From: Callorhinchus milii
Lineage: Eukaryota
Assembly (NCBI RefSeq): GCF_018977255.1
Contig: NW_024704742.1
Span: 83,082,001-83,146,000 of the forward strand
Length of the DNA stretch: 64,000 bases
Reading direction: 5' to 3'
Translations under genes and position numbers: made by a program
The notes under the pieces: model-generated
What the model was told of the DNA's origin: nothing
Databases searched by the model: none
Seen by the model: only the letters and a program-made list of their open reading frames with translations
Shown here: one piece after another, positions 26,513-38,520 of the stretch
How positions within the stretch are numbered: position 1 is the first letter of the stretch
Layout of the letters: each line of letters starts with the position of its first letter

Positions 26513-27544
26513 TGCCATTAATCAGTTAATCCAGCCTGGGTATTCTGATGACTGAGAGAAAAAGCAGTAGTGTTTGCAGTCATTAGACACAAGAGCTCTG
26601 ATATATAACCACCTAGTCATTGCCTGCTAAGACCATTTATCTTAATATTTAAAAACAGCTTCAATACTCAATACAGAAAAACAACTTCAAAATTAAGTCC
26701 CCGTTTACGAATTTGCCAAGGTCTGGCTGCTCCAGAATGCTGCATAAATGAAGTAAATTTAAACCTGGGTGGAATTTGTCTCTATAAAAGGTCTTGCGAG
26801 CTTATATTAGTGTAACTCAGAGCGTCACAGTTGTGCCCAGCCCCACAGTTGGTTGCTGAGACCAGGCTTGTGTTTTTTTAGAACCAGCATAATATCCGTT
26901 TCCCGACAATGGATTAAAAAGCAGTTTATGTTTTAACACAGCAGTTTTAGGAAGATTGATGAGGGGTAAAAAATAATCTGTATTTGACCTTTCTATTTCT
27001 GGCTGCTGTTTAGTGGTTGGCAGAGGTGGGGGGAGAAGGTTAGTCATTGGCAAAAGTGAACAATGTGAGCAAATCCAGCTCTAGCTGTACTGCAGTCAGC
27101 TTTGAATGTCGGTTCCGTCTACCATTTTCATGCTAATGAAATTTGAATTTGAACTCACTGGATTCACATAATGTGACAATCGCAGTTTGTGCTCCCATGT
27201 TCACTGAGGTTCACAAGTCTAACAATAAAGCATCTGAAGTCAACTCCAATGGGAGGTGGATTTCATAGCAGATTTTGCTGCGTTTTACAATGTAATAAAT
27301 TACCCTCCCAATAGGCTTAAGCACGACTTATTTTTCGAATGTTTTTTTAAATCAATGTTAGTGATGTGTTGTGGTGCTTGCGTGATTGTTCTCAATTTCT
27401 CTTTCTGTTTGGGTTGATTCCAATTCTCTGGAGCAAAGGACTCTCATCAGTTTGCATTACTGCGACATTTGCATTGATAATGGGACTTAACACACAATAT
27501 TTTTCATAAGAGAAATTACAAACAGTAAATTCTGCTGGTAACCA

Positions 27545-28215
27545 AAACAACAGCAATAACAACTTTCATATATATAGCGCTCTTCATACGGGTTAGCATC
27601 CCGGAGTGCTTGACAGTGGTGGAGTCTGACACTGAGCCAGGGAGAGAGAGGGGCGAGATGACCGTAAACACGATCAAAATGGAAGGTCTTTAGGTGAGAT
27701 TTGAAAGTTGGGCGGAAGGGAGCAAGGTGGAGGGATTGAGGGAGAGAGTTCCAGAGTTTTGGGATGTAATAGCTGAAGGCACGGCCACTGAAGGTGGAGG
27801 GGACAAGGGACAAACAGGAGGCCGGAGCCAACCAAGCAAAGGCAGTGGGCGATAAGCAGATCGAACAGGTAGGGAGGTGTGAGGGCATAGAGGATTTGAA
27901 AATGAGTGAGAGGATCTTGAAATTGATCCATTTGGTATTTGGAAGCCAGTGGAGCCTGGCAAGGACTGGTGTGATGCAGGTATGGAGTTTTGTGCGGGTG
28001 AGTATCTGGGCAGGGGAGTTTTTAATTAGATTTTGCGTATGGTGGAACTGGGGAGGCCAACGAGGAGGGCATTGGAGTAGTCCAGCCGGGAAGTGACGAA
28101 GGCGGGACAAGGGTTTCGGCTGCGTTAGTTGTCAGATACAGACAGAATTGGGCAATGTAACGGAGGTGGAAAAAAGTGGTCCTGGTCAGGGAATGGATAC
28201 TTTCAAGGAACCAAA
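27545..28215 (-). mobile_element. L2 3' fragment
   Basis: ORF 27487..28110(-) ITPVLARLHWLP..INFKIL..LWNSLP..FKSHLKT. Confidence 0.85.
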
Positions 28216-29030
28216 CTGTTCCCTGAAAGTAGATTGTGATGGAACCGAGTTCTTGTAGGTCAACTTGACATTCAAACATAAACAAATTACAAATTTATAT
28301 TTATAAGGTGCCTTTCACGTCGGAAGGTCATCCCAAAATGCTTAACTATAACGGCTTGACATCTGCGCTTGAATCGAGGGATGTTGAGGGTGGAGGGAAA
28401 GATGACCAAAAGTGCAATCAAAAGGGATCTTGAGACTGAGCTTGAAATAGGTGAGGGAGGAATCGAGTCAGAGGAACTCCGGGATGAAGTTCCAGAGAAT
28501 GGGAGCAGATAGGCCGATAAGGTTCAACCATTTACTAGCATATTGCAACTCCTGTTAGAAATACTGTATGTTAGACTCCAGTCTGTTCATCCTGCGCCAT
28601 TCAGTCATAGATGCACGTCACGCATTGTGACACATTGGCATGCTTCATAGAGGACCTTTGTAATGATTCATTGTGTTCTGAAAAACATGCTTTTTTTTTT
28701 GCAAAATCGGTTGACGCCTTTGCCTATGAAATACAGTCACTGCACTTTACCGTAAATCCTGTGAAGATTTTTGAGACATTCTCCTGAAGTGAAAGGCACC
28801 ATATCAAATGCAAGGATTATTATTTTGTTATTATTGTAATAACAAGTGGTTGAAGAAGTTTGCAGGGGAGTGCTTAAATAAACACAGCCTTTCTGTTCCA
28901 TGCTTCAACATTTCACCACTAAGCAATTATTTGGGAAACATAATGAGTGCAAATCCGATACAAATGGTACCAACCTGGACATAATCAATGCCCCCAGACA
29001 ACAGCAAGACCTTGGACCTGTTCTGAGACC

Positions 29031-29108
29031 CTCTCTCTCTTTCTCTCTCTCTATATATATATATTTTTATAAATACATATATATATACACACACGCACAC
29101 ATATATAC
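29031..29108. repeat. compound (CT)n-(AT)n-(AC)n microsatellite
   Basis: Seen directly in the sequence. Confidence 0.85.
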
Positions 29109-29333
29109 GCGTGTTTAGAGCTCCTTTTCTGAGATCTAATATTGATTTTTTTGGAGTCTGCAGAACCACTAGCACAAAAATGTGTGGGAAATTTGGAAAG
29201 GAAATATTGTGGTATTGAAATCCAATATCGCTTTCTAAGCAGTCACAGGGAGGATGATCTGAGCACAATTTATAAAGAAGTTAATCTCTTTCTTTATCAG
29301 AGCTTTGATTAAACAAATAATAACTTTTCTTTC

Positions 29334-29571
29334 TCCCACTCGTCTATCCCTCCCTCTGTCTTTATGTCGCTCGCCCTCTCTCTTGCCTTCTTCAAGACCT
29401 GTCTCAAGACCCTCTTCTTCGACCGTGCCTTCAGGAGCCCTCCTTCCTCCCCTGCCCCACACCCTCCCCTATCCCGACCCCCAGCTCGGGTCCGAAACAC
29501 TGATTGTCCAGCGCCTTGGGACGCCGTGCCGACATGAGAGACGCTATACACATGTAATTTTGTTGTTGTTG
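29334..29571 (+). mobile_element. L2 3' end inserted in a splice-acceptor pyrimidine tract
   Basis: ttcaagacctgtctcaagaccctcttcttcgac...gacgctatacacatgtaattttgttgttgttg; ttttctttc direct repeat on both sides. Confidence 0.85.
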
Positions 29572-29582
29572 TTTTCTTTCAG

Positions 29583-29706
29583 TCAATTGATCCTGGCCAG
29601 CAGTTTACATGGGAACACTCAAACATGGAGGTGAACAAACCAAAGAATAGATATGCAAATGTCATTGCATATGACCATTCCCGGGTGCTGCTGTCAGCAA
29701 TTGATG
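29583..29706 (+). CDS. PTPRD: PTPRD D1 exon (KNRY motif)
   Basis: tttcag|TCA...GAT G|gtgagt; [41 protein letters not shown]; 124 nt. Confidence 0.97.
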
Positions 29707-29899
29707 GTGAGTGTTGTCTTCAGAGCCACATAGATATTAGAGCCTTCAAACCAAGCTCCCAGTACAGCAGCTCACACTAAAACCTGTGGAGATTTGTAGG
29801 AGGCCAGGGAGAAGAGGAGTATCGATTAGAGTTGTTAAACTTTTGAATACTCTTTGAGGTCCTAAGTAAATGCCTGACTCGTAATATCCTACAGTCTCT

Positions 29900-30510
29900 A
29901 CAAGTTTGATTGTGATCATCTCTTAACGGCAAACACTGGTACATAGAATCCATATATAGTTTAGGAAATGGAAGGTCAATTGTGGTGCAATAAGTTATAC
30001 TCAAGCTGTTCTCATGCTCAAGTGCTTTGTTCAGACCACACCAGGAGTACTGCATTCAATTTCAGTCACTGCAACATAAAGGGGCTGCCCATGCCCTAGA
30101 GGTAGTGCACAGGAGAGCAACAAGGAATGCTCAATAACAACAACAACTTGCATTTATTATAGCGACCTTCATGTGGGGTAGCGTCCCAGAGCACTTGGTT
30201 GCTCCCAATAATGCTATAGGATTGAGCTCTGAGCAACAATTAGACAAACTAGGGCTCTTCAGTCTTGAAAACAGATATCTCAGAGGGGACCTTAAAAAGA
30301 TAAAACGATTTTAAATGGGATTGAGAAAGCACAAAACTTTCAGATGTATCTAGACAGCAGAAAAGAGGGACAATTTAGGATCTCCAAAGGATAATTTCAG
30401 GACAGATACCGGGAAGTATTTCTTCACCCAGAGGATAATTAACTTCTGGAACAGGTGAGATGGGCCAAAGGGCCTTCTTCATCCGAACGGCTCTTGTGAT
30501 TGTGTGACAT
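29900..30510 (+). mobile_element. degenerate CR1 3' fragment with a short L2-tail insert
   Basis: ttgttcagaccacaccaggagtactgcattcaattt (VRPHLEYC-like), aaactagggctcttcagtcttgaaaa, ttcttcacccagagg; 3' UTR gatgggccaaagggcct. Confidence 0.7.
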
Positions 30511-31064
30511 GGAGATAGAAAGAAAACAAACTGATATGTATTGGGCATCTGATTTAGAACTTTAGAACTGATTTAGTGGACACAGGCACGATGGGCCAAG
30601 TGGCCTCCTGTGCTGTAAGATTCTATGATTCTGCGAAGTCACAAGTTGGATCTAGATAAATGATGTGGACAAGGGACTATGTGAAATGAACAGATAAGGC
30701 ACCAGAATTGCACCACAGGGAAGTTATTTTCAGAGACTGCTGAATGGTTAATAATGTTATTTCAGCTCTTTTATGCCCATCAACTGAAGGTGACCCACAT
30801 TTTCTGCATGGCTCATTAATTGGCCCATTTCTAACTTTCTAATCACTTAACAAAATTATCTGTGCACTAATAACCTATACTTAATAGGTGAGGAGTAAAA
30901 GGAGCATTCATTTATTTCAGATACGTACATGGTTATGTCTCAAATTACTCCAATAACAATAAAGTTTTAGATGAAAGAGGCTCATCAGCCCTTTTTGATC
31001 TCATCTTTGTAGAATACCCTTCCTGTATTTAAAAAATACTCATGTAAAATTCCCTCTTTGAACC

Positions 31065-31790
31065 CTCCGATCGGGTTTCCATGCTGCCTCTAGCACGGAA
31101 CAGCCCTGGTCAAAATCACTGACGACATTCTGAATATCTGCAAAACAGGGCTCTCTCAGCCTCCTAATCCTCCTCAACCTCTCTGCTGCCTTCAACACTG
31201 TCAACCATTCTATCCTCCTATGCCACCTCTCCTCTCAGATCAATCTTCATAGACTTGCCCTTGCCTAGTTTGAATCCTACCTCTCCCACCATCTCCACTT
31301 TGTCGCCACTAATGGCTTCTCTTCCAGCGTGTGACAACCCTCAGGGCTCTGTCCTTGGTCCCCTCCTTTTCAATATCTTTATGCTCCCTCTTGGTGACAT
31401 CATCTGCAGACAAGGCATCAACTTCCACATGTATGCAGATGACACCCAACTCTACCTCTCTGCCTCCACCTTCAATTCCAGGACCATTGCTGTCCTCACA
31501 GACTGCCTGTTGGACATCACTTCCTGGATGAGAGCCAACTTCCTGCAGTTAAATGTCAACAAGACCAAGGCCCTCCTTCTTGGCTCCATCAGAGCCTCCA
31601 TACCTTGGGCGCTGACAGCATCTCCTTCTATGGATGGAGTTCCTACAGAACCTCAGGGTCCTGTTCGACCCTCAGCTGTCCTTCATACCCCACATCCATG
31701 CCATGACCCACTTTGCCTTTCCCCACCTCCGCAACATCGCTCGGCTCCACCACTGTCTCACACTGCAAGCCGCCGAGAACCAGCAAACAC
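31065..31790 (+). mobile_element. degenerate L2 RT fragment
   Basis: ORF 31255..31938 [43 protein letters not shown]. Confidence 0.9.
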
Positions 31791-32364
31791 AAGGGCCTTC
31801 AAGCTGTCAGATTCACCTGATATCCAATCTATAAGCCCTCCCGTTGCAGCAAACATGCACTCAGTATCTGGAGATACACAAGCAAATTGCTATTTAATGT
31901 GGAACAGGAGAGCTGCAGGGCAATTATGGAGCAGCTAGTGAAACTGTTGGTATTATGTTGTTCCCTTGCAGCATATAAACATTGCGGATTTAGTCTCAGT
32001 TGTAATCCTTTCATTGGTTGGTCAACATCTCATTAAGGGTCCCTGTACATGAGCATTTCCACATGGTTAACACAACTCAGGTAGTGAAAAATATAATATG
32101 TAATCTAATACCTGCCAGAATATAGGGTCACTTGTTTTTGTCCCTGTAAGTATAAAATAGTGCAAAATTTTTTGGCTTGCTAAACACTTTTTATGAAGAC
32201 AGTAACTTTTGGAGGGCTGGATTGAAAGTCTAGTGTAGATAATTGGAGGGGTGAATAAAACCAATCGAGTTTGCTGCTTCTCTTGTCTTACATTGTTTGG
32301 GTATGAATCTAGCACCAATGGTGAAAGCCACAGTAGAGTGATAACAGGAACAAGCTTGCACTTT

Positions 32365-32520
32365 CTACAGATAATTATTTGGGGGAGACAAGTTTGCAGG
32401 GCTATGGGGAGAGCGGGGGAGTGGGATTGATTTAGATAGCTCTTTTCAAAGAGCCGTCACAGACACGATAGGCCGAATGGCCTCCTTCTGTGCTGTATAA
32501 TTCTATGATTGTATGATTCT
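32365..32520 (+). mobile_element. CR1 3' UTR
   Basis: tttgcagggctatggggaga..tcaaagagccg..ggccgaatggcctccttctgtgctgtataattctatgatt, same as the 3' end of the 4519 copy. Confidence 0.8.
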
Positions 32521-32539
32521 GCAGTGTCACAGTCAACAA

Positions 32540-32900
32540 AACTTGCACTTATATAGTGCCCTCCACGCAGGGTAGCGTCTCAGAGAGCTTAACAATCGCA
32601 GAGACTGACTCCGAGCCAGGAAGAGGGGGGAGGTGACCATACGCCCGGTTGAAGAGGAAGGTTTTCAGGCACGACTTGAAAAAGGTGACAGAGGGGGCAA
32701 GGTGGAGGGATTGAGGGAGAGTGTTCCAGATTTTGGGGAGTAGTGGCTGAAAGCGGGACCTCCGACAGTGGGGCAGAGGGTGCGAGGTACGAGCAGGAGG
32801 CCAGTACCAGTCGAGGGGAGACACCAGGTGGTGGATTGGGGAGTGAGGAGGTCGGAGAGGTAGGGAGGTGCCAGAGATTGAAGGGATTTGAACACAAATG
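32540..32900 (-). mobile_element. L2 3' fragment
   Basis: PKIWNTLPQSL..FKSCLKTFLF in ORF 32549..32824(-). Confidence 0.8.
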
Positions 32901-35862
32901 TTACAGATTGAAGTGACTCTGTAATATAAATCTGTAGTGTAGGTTTGTCCGCCTCAAGACATACCTCTTTGACTGTGCTTTCAGTCATTTTTCCCCTTCC
33001 CACCCACCTTGGCTCCTACCCCAGCTCAGATGCCCAGCCAGCAGTGTCACCACAAGGTGAAAGTTGCTATATCCATGTAAATTGTATTGTATTGGTACAA
33101 AGGGAGTGCTCAGGTGACCACAACTGTTGAGGTCATGGGAGGTGAATCGGACAACAAGCACTAAAAAGATGGGATTCATGTTCACCCAGTGATAGGTGGT
33201 TTCTCTTTGACTTTCAAACTTTTAATTCCCCTCTTTGTAGGGAAGCAGAGTTTGAAAAACAAAATAAATACTAGATTGTGTTCTGTCCAGACAGTGTATC
33301 ATGCATTTTTTGATTAAAACACTCACTTACAAATCACACACAGAGAAAATGGCTCCTCTTTGATTTATCAGTTCCCTGATGTAACTGAAAGTGATTGGTG
33401 TAGCGGGAGCCAAGGCTTATTTGCGAAAACCGTAGGCAGCATGCGTGCTTGGGTGCAGCACTGAAAGAGCTGATTGTGCCAACACGAGCAGGTTTGGGGC
33501 CCTTGGCATAGAAAATTTCTGACAGTCCAGAGAGCTGGTGCCATGGATATGGGAAGGGACAAATATCCACCGAGATTGAAGTAGGGTCTACATCTTTTCT
33601 ATTTGGCTGCACGGTTTTCATCCACTCAGCAGGGTGCAGAAAATAGATGCAAACTGGCCTTATCGTGGAGTGAAGGTTTAACAACAGATTTAACAACACT
33701 GGCTTTGTTCCTGTCCAATTGGAGATTGTTCTGAATCCAGAATTACAGTTTTAAAAAAAATAGTTTTCAAGGCCAGAAATGTATTTTCAAAAAAAAATCC
33801 GGAGCGCAGGAGTTGGATGTACTTGATTTGCACCTGTGTTTTGCAGTCAGGCCTCCTGTAAGAAACATACTGGAACGATAGCTGTTTTGATACTGGCATT
33901 CAATAGGATTGCTGCCAACCAAATTGACACATGGTTAAAAATGAATCCAGTGTGTAATTGAGCCCCAACAGCGGACCAGGTGGGAAGGTCTCAGGTTTGA
34001 TTCCCAGCCTGTGCTGAGTTTTCTCACTGAGTCAAGCCGATAGCAAGGATACTATTGTTGAACTCAGCATTGTAAACTAGGGAGGGGAAATCAGCCAGGA
34101 CTTGTGCTCCTGGGGCCCCAAACCCCAGGTTCTTAAGGCTAAGGCCAGCGTCTTAAATTGCGAGATTGGCAGAAGTTTGGAAACAACAAATCTTAAATTC
34201 AAATTGGAAGCCCCTTTTCCACAGTAATGAAAAAGAACTCTGGAGTTTGGCTTTAAAATTAAAACAGAATTTAAGAATTGTCCAAAAATGTTGTGCATTG
34301 GTGAATTTGAGCACAATGGTCTTCAACTGAAAAATATGAAAAATTCTATACTTTAACAAATAAAACATTGATAGGGACCTGAAAAAACCTTCCCTTTTGG
34401 CAGCAAATGTATGAAAACCAACTGGACTTGGAGGTGAAGCTACAGTTTTTGTCCCAAAAATATACAGTCAATTCACTTTATAGTATGTTCTGTGAAGTAC
34501 TTTGAGATGTCTTGAAGGCGTGAGAAGGCCCCATATCAAATGCAAGGATTATTATTATAGAAGGTACTTTCTTGGAGGGAGACACTGGAGGCTTCAATTG
34601 CATTCCTGCGTCCAGTGCTAACTAAGGCCTTTTATTCCATTTGAACTGAGAACAGAGGTTGCAACATTGAGGGTTGAGAGACAGCTTCACGCATGCAGCT
34701 GAACAGATGTTTTCCATTGAAACAACGTGTTCTGTCTGAGGTACTACAGGTTGTTCAAAGTGTGGCTATTGAATACAGATGCCGTAACTGTGTGTACCTT
34801 TTCCCAAGGTTAACACAGCATTTTGGATATCCAATGACCTTCAATATTTTATTTTGAAAAATAGGCTGCTGGGGTTTCACGAGCACACTTACATTATAAA
34901 AACATTAGTGGAGAAAACTATTATCTTTGGATGTTGTAGTGGGTTTCTTCTTTACAGTCATTATATAGGTTTGAAAAATCCATCTCTCTGCTCGATTGTT
35001 ATTGTCATTCTTTGCACTGGGAACAGGGATTCTTCCTGTTAACCCTATGCAATACTCTACTTTCTTACAAACTCGATACAATGCTATCCAATGCAAAGCC
35101 CTAACAGGTAGGATGGACCACACAGGCAGCAAGAAGTTCTCAAAGGCAAGATAAATAGTTTTCACGGGTTGGACTCGAAGGGTACCACAATGCACACTCT
35201 GAGGTCCCCAAACTTTTGTTCGCGTCAGGCTAAACTCCACAATTAGGTAAGTAGGATGCATCTCTCCAGGGAAAGAGTCTGCATTCCGTTACAAACATGG
35301 AAATTTGCTGATGTAGGTGGAACTGTATGTGCTAATCTCAGTCTGAATTTCTCTTACCCCATTCCTCCATTCCCTCCTCCTAATTCAGCTCTTATGGCCT
35401 CCACTGAGCTCTTATTGCTACCATTGCTGGTCAAGCCTTTAGATTCTACACTCCCGACATCTGAAACTCCCTCCCTCTACCCCTCTATCTCCCATCTCCA
35501 TTTATCTAAGTCCTACCTCGAATTCTTACAGGTAACATCACCTCCCTCTTCCCCCGCGCCCCATAGCCATTGCTCAGCATCCAGCCCTGTCCTTGTACAA
35601 TGCTCTTAACTTTTTATTCTATGAGAAAGACAGTATATAATAATAATAATAATCCTTGCATTTGATATAGCACCTTATCACGTCTTCGAGACATCTCAAA
35701 GCGCTTCACAAAATGTACTGCTAAGTGAATTGACTGTTTTGTGGGCGAAACTATAAATGCAAGTTGTTGTTTGAAAACTCTTAAGGATGGAGATGGATTT
35801 CCAAGTATGTCAGACTCCTGGTTAGCCCAAAAACTCAATCGTTCCTTGTTCTCTTTCTGCAG

Positions 35863-36038
35863 GCATACCAGGGAGCGATTATTCTAATTCCAACTACATT
35901 GACGGGTACAGAAAGCAGAATGCGTACATCGCAACGCAAGGCGCTCTGCCCGAGACATTCGGAGACTTCTGGAGGATGATTTGGGAGCAGCGTAGTGCGA
36001 TCGTTGTCATGATGACTAAATTAGAAGAGCGATCCAGG
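35863..36038 (+). CDS. PTPRD: PTPRD D1 exon
   Basis: tctgcag|GC...AGG|gtttga; [59 protein letters not shown]; 176 nt. Confidence 0.97.
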
Positions 36039-36358
36039 GTTTGACATTTTACATCATTCTCTGATATTGTTTCATCAAAGAGAATTCGCTTTTCTTTAAT
36101 AATCAGGGCACTTCTTACAAAATGCAGATTCAATTATTCCTTGCTGAGAAATCCCATGATTTATTCATTGGAAACCACGTGAGGGGATCTTATCATCATA
36201 TCACGTGCCTTTCTCAACAACAGACAGTCTCTTAAATCATGCCTATCAGAGCGCTGGCACGTCGCAGCAGTGTTTAATTTATTAAAGATTAGATCCTAGG
36301 ATTAGACATAAGACCTTAATTTAATTTTGTTTTAATGTAAAACAGCAGTCATTGGGGA

Positions 36359-36644
36359 GTGGGGGGATGGAAGGGTAATGCCTCTATTCTTGATACAGTT
36401 ATTGGAGAATCCAATCAGTATTTTGTAACATTTACACAAGAAAATGAAATGCGTGTTTCTTTAAGGGTTTCAAAGTTCAACATAGCTATGAATTGTCCAA
36501 TGATATTTCCTTGAAATGTACCCCTTACTTATAATTATATAAAAAACGCATCTCATCTTCCTGTGTAAATGTTACAAAATACTGGTTGGACTCTCCAACA
36601 ATGACTGCATCAAAGATAGAGGCATTACCCTTCCATTCCCCCAC
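36359..36644. repeat. ~95-bp imperfect inverted repeat with 91-bp spacer
   Basis: 36359-36454 is the reverse complement of 36546-36644 (e.g. ggaagggtaatgcctctat / atagaggcattacccttcc; cagtattttgtaacatttacaca / tgtgtaaatgttacaaaatactg). Confidence 0.92.
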
Positions 36645-36872
36645 CCTTTGGAATTCCAACCCACATTCCCTTCGCCTCGCTCCCTCCCTTGCCTCCTTCA
36701 TGGCACGTCTCAAGACCTTCCTCTTCAACCATGCCTTCGGCCACCCTCCCTGCCCTCCACCTTCCCTGATCCCAACTCCCCTACGCGGGTCCAAATCCCT
36801 GACTGTCCAGTACCTCGGGACATCCTCACAACATGAAAGGCACAATACAAATGTAATTTTGCATTGTATTTT
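36640..36872 (+). mobile_element. L2 3' end
   Basis: PTLWNS..FMARLKTFLF; tail tgaaaggcacaatacaaatgtaattttgcattgtatt. Confidence 0.8.
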
Positions 36873-38099
36873 TTAATTATAAGGAAAGCCTCATCTCCAA
36901 GCTGTGTTTCGGTGTAGTCATCCTTCATTTAATTACATTCCTCTTTCTCTACCCTCTCACCCCATACTTCCCACTCTCTCACACACAAATTCACTACTTT
37001 ACTTACAGAACCCTCCCTCCTCACTATATTTTCTCTGAGCCTCTCGACTTTTCGACTTGTTTCACTGTGTTTAATCCTCTCCATGTCTGGCTCCAATAAC
37101 TCTCTGAGGACTACAGCAGCATTTCTGTAATGATATTAAAAAAAACTAAAATTTACGATGCTGGAGTGTATGCCAAAGCTGCAGTGAATAATGGAATGTG
37201 CCTTTTGGTTTTGTCCGTTCCGCTAATTGCACTTGATATTAGAATTTTTCACAAGATAATGTGTAGTTTGACGATGCTGCAACTACTGAGCGCCAGTTTG
37301 AAAAGCTGGAGAGTTGTTAAAGTTGTTCAAATCATTTGTGTCTCTGCTTTCCTATCATGCATCATGTTGTTCTCTCTCCCGTCAACCTCCCCATCCACTT
37401 TCCCACTGGCAAATCGTCAACCGTTCAGCCTCGTGGGTGACTGTAAATTTTAAAAATGGCTTAAGCTCTGTGGTTTACAACCCATAGAGTAGAGCTGAGG
37501 CGTAAAGACGAGGAAGGTCACAGCTTCTAGACCAGGTCTGTGTCATGTTCATCGGTCTCAGATGTGGTGGCAGTTCATCTTCACTACCCGTACCCCTCAC
37601 TAGCCACAAGGGGGAGGGGAGAACAATACTGCAGATGGTAATCAGAGAGGTGACATGACATTGAGTCCCATTCCAGTACAGAGACTTTGGGGAGGGAAAA
37701 GCTAGTCACAGTTCCTGCTCCTGAGCGGTTAAGTTCCAGTCAGCACATGCATCATTTCTCTGACTACTGAATAGCGGCTTCTCCACTCCCCCACCACCAA
37801 CCCCCCCCCCCCCCCCGCCCCCCCTCCCTTACCTTCTAGTGAACAGTGGAGATTGAGTGAGGACAGGATTGTCTTTGGCTGTGATTTCCCATTTCACTCT
37901 CCCATACTATTATAGACTGCATTCAAAGAGTGACTGTAAGTGACCAGGGGTGGCCTGTGGGACTGCACCCAGACACAAGGCATGTCTGATAGATAGGAAC
38001 AGAAAAAAACAATAAACTCAGAAAAAGATGTTGAATTTTCAACCATAGAATTTAGGCCATTTGACTCATTTTTGCATCTGGGTATTTGCTCTTCTAAGA

Positions 38100-38520
38100 A
38101 TACGTGAGTCTGGCTTATTCAGTGAGTTCAAGCCCCACATTTTGGACAATACAGAGCTTCACCAGCTCATATTTGTCCAGGCTGACACTCCAACTAGATG
38201 CTGGGGGAGCTTTGTATTGTCCAAAATGCCATGCTTTGGATGAGATTTTAAAGCAAGATCCCATCTGCATGTCCAGGTGGATGGTAAAGATCCCTTGGCA
38301 CTATTTGAAAACAGAAAAGAATTTCTCACAGTGTCCTGGCCAACAATTCCCCAAATAAAATCAATCATTTACTTCAAAGCTGTTTGCAGGACAATGCTTC
38401 ATAGAAGTTGGCTGCACATTTGCCTGTATATCCACAGTCACTAAACCTTCACAGTAAATCATATGAAACACTTTGAGATGTCTCAATGAGGTAATAAGGT
38501 GCTATATCAAATGTAAGAAT
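38100..38520 (+). mobile_element. Deu-domain SINE, diverged
   Basis: caggtggatggtaaagatcccttggcactatttgaa..gtgtcctggcc..ggtgctatatcaaatgtaag. Confidence 0.7.

Noticed and set aside
37428..37445. Possible micro-exon after ..gttcag
   Set aside because: Weak donor (gtgact), not frame-preserving, and no LAR-family insert known to me at this D1 position.
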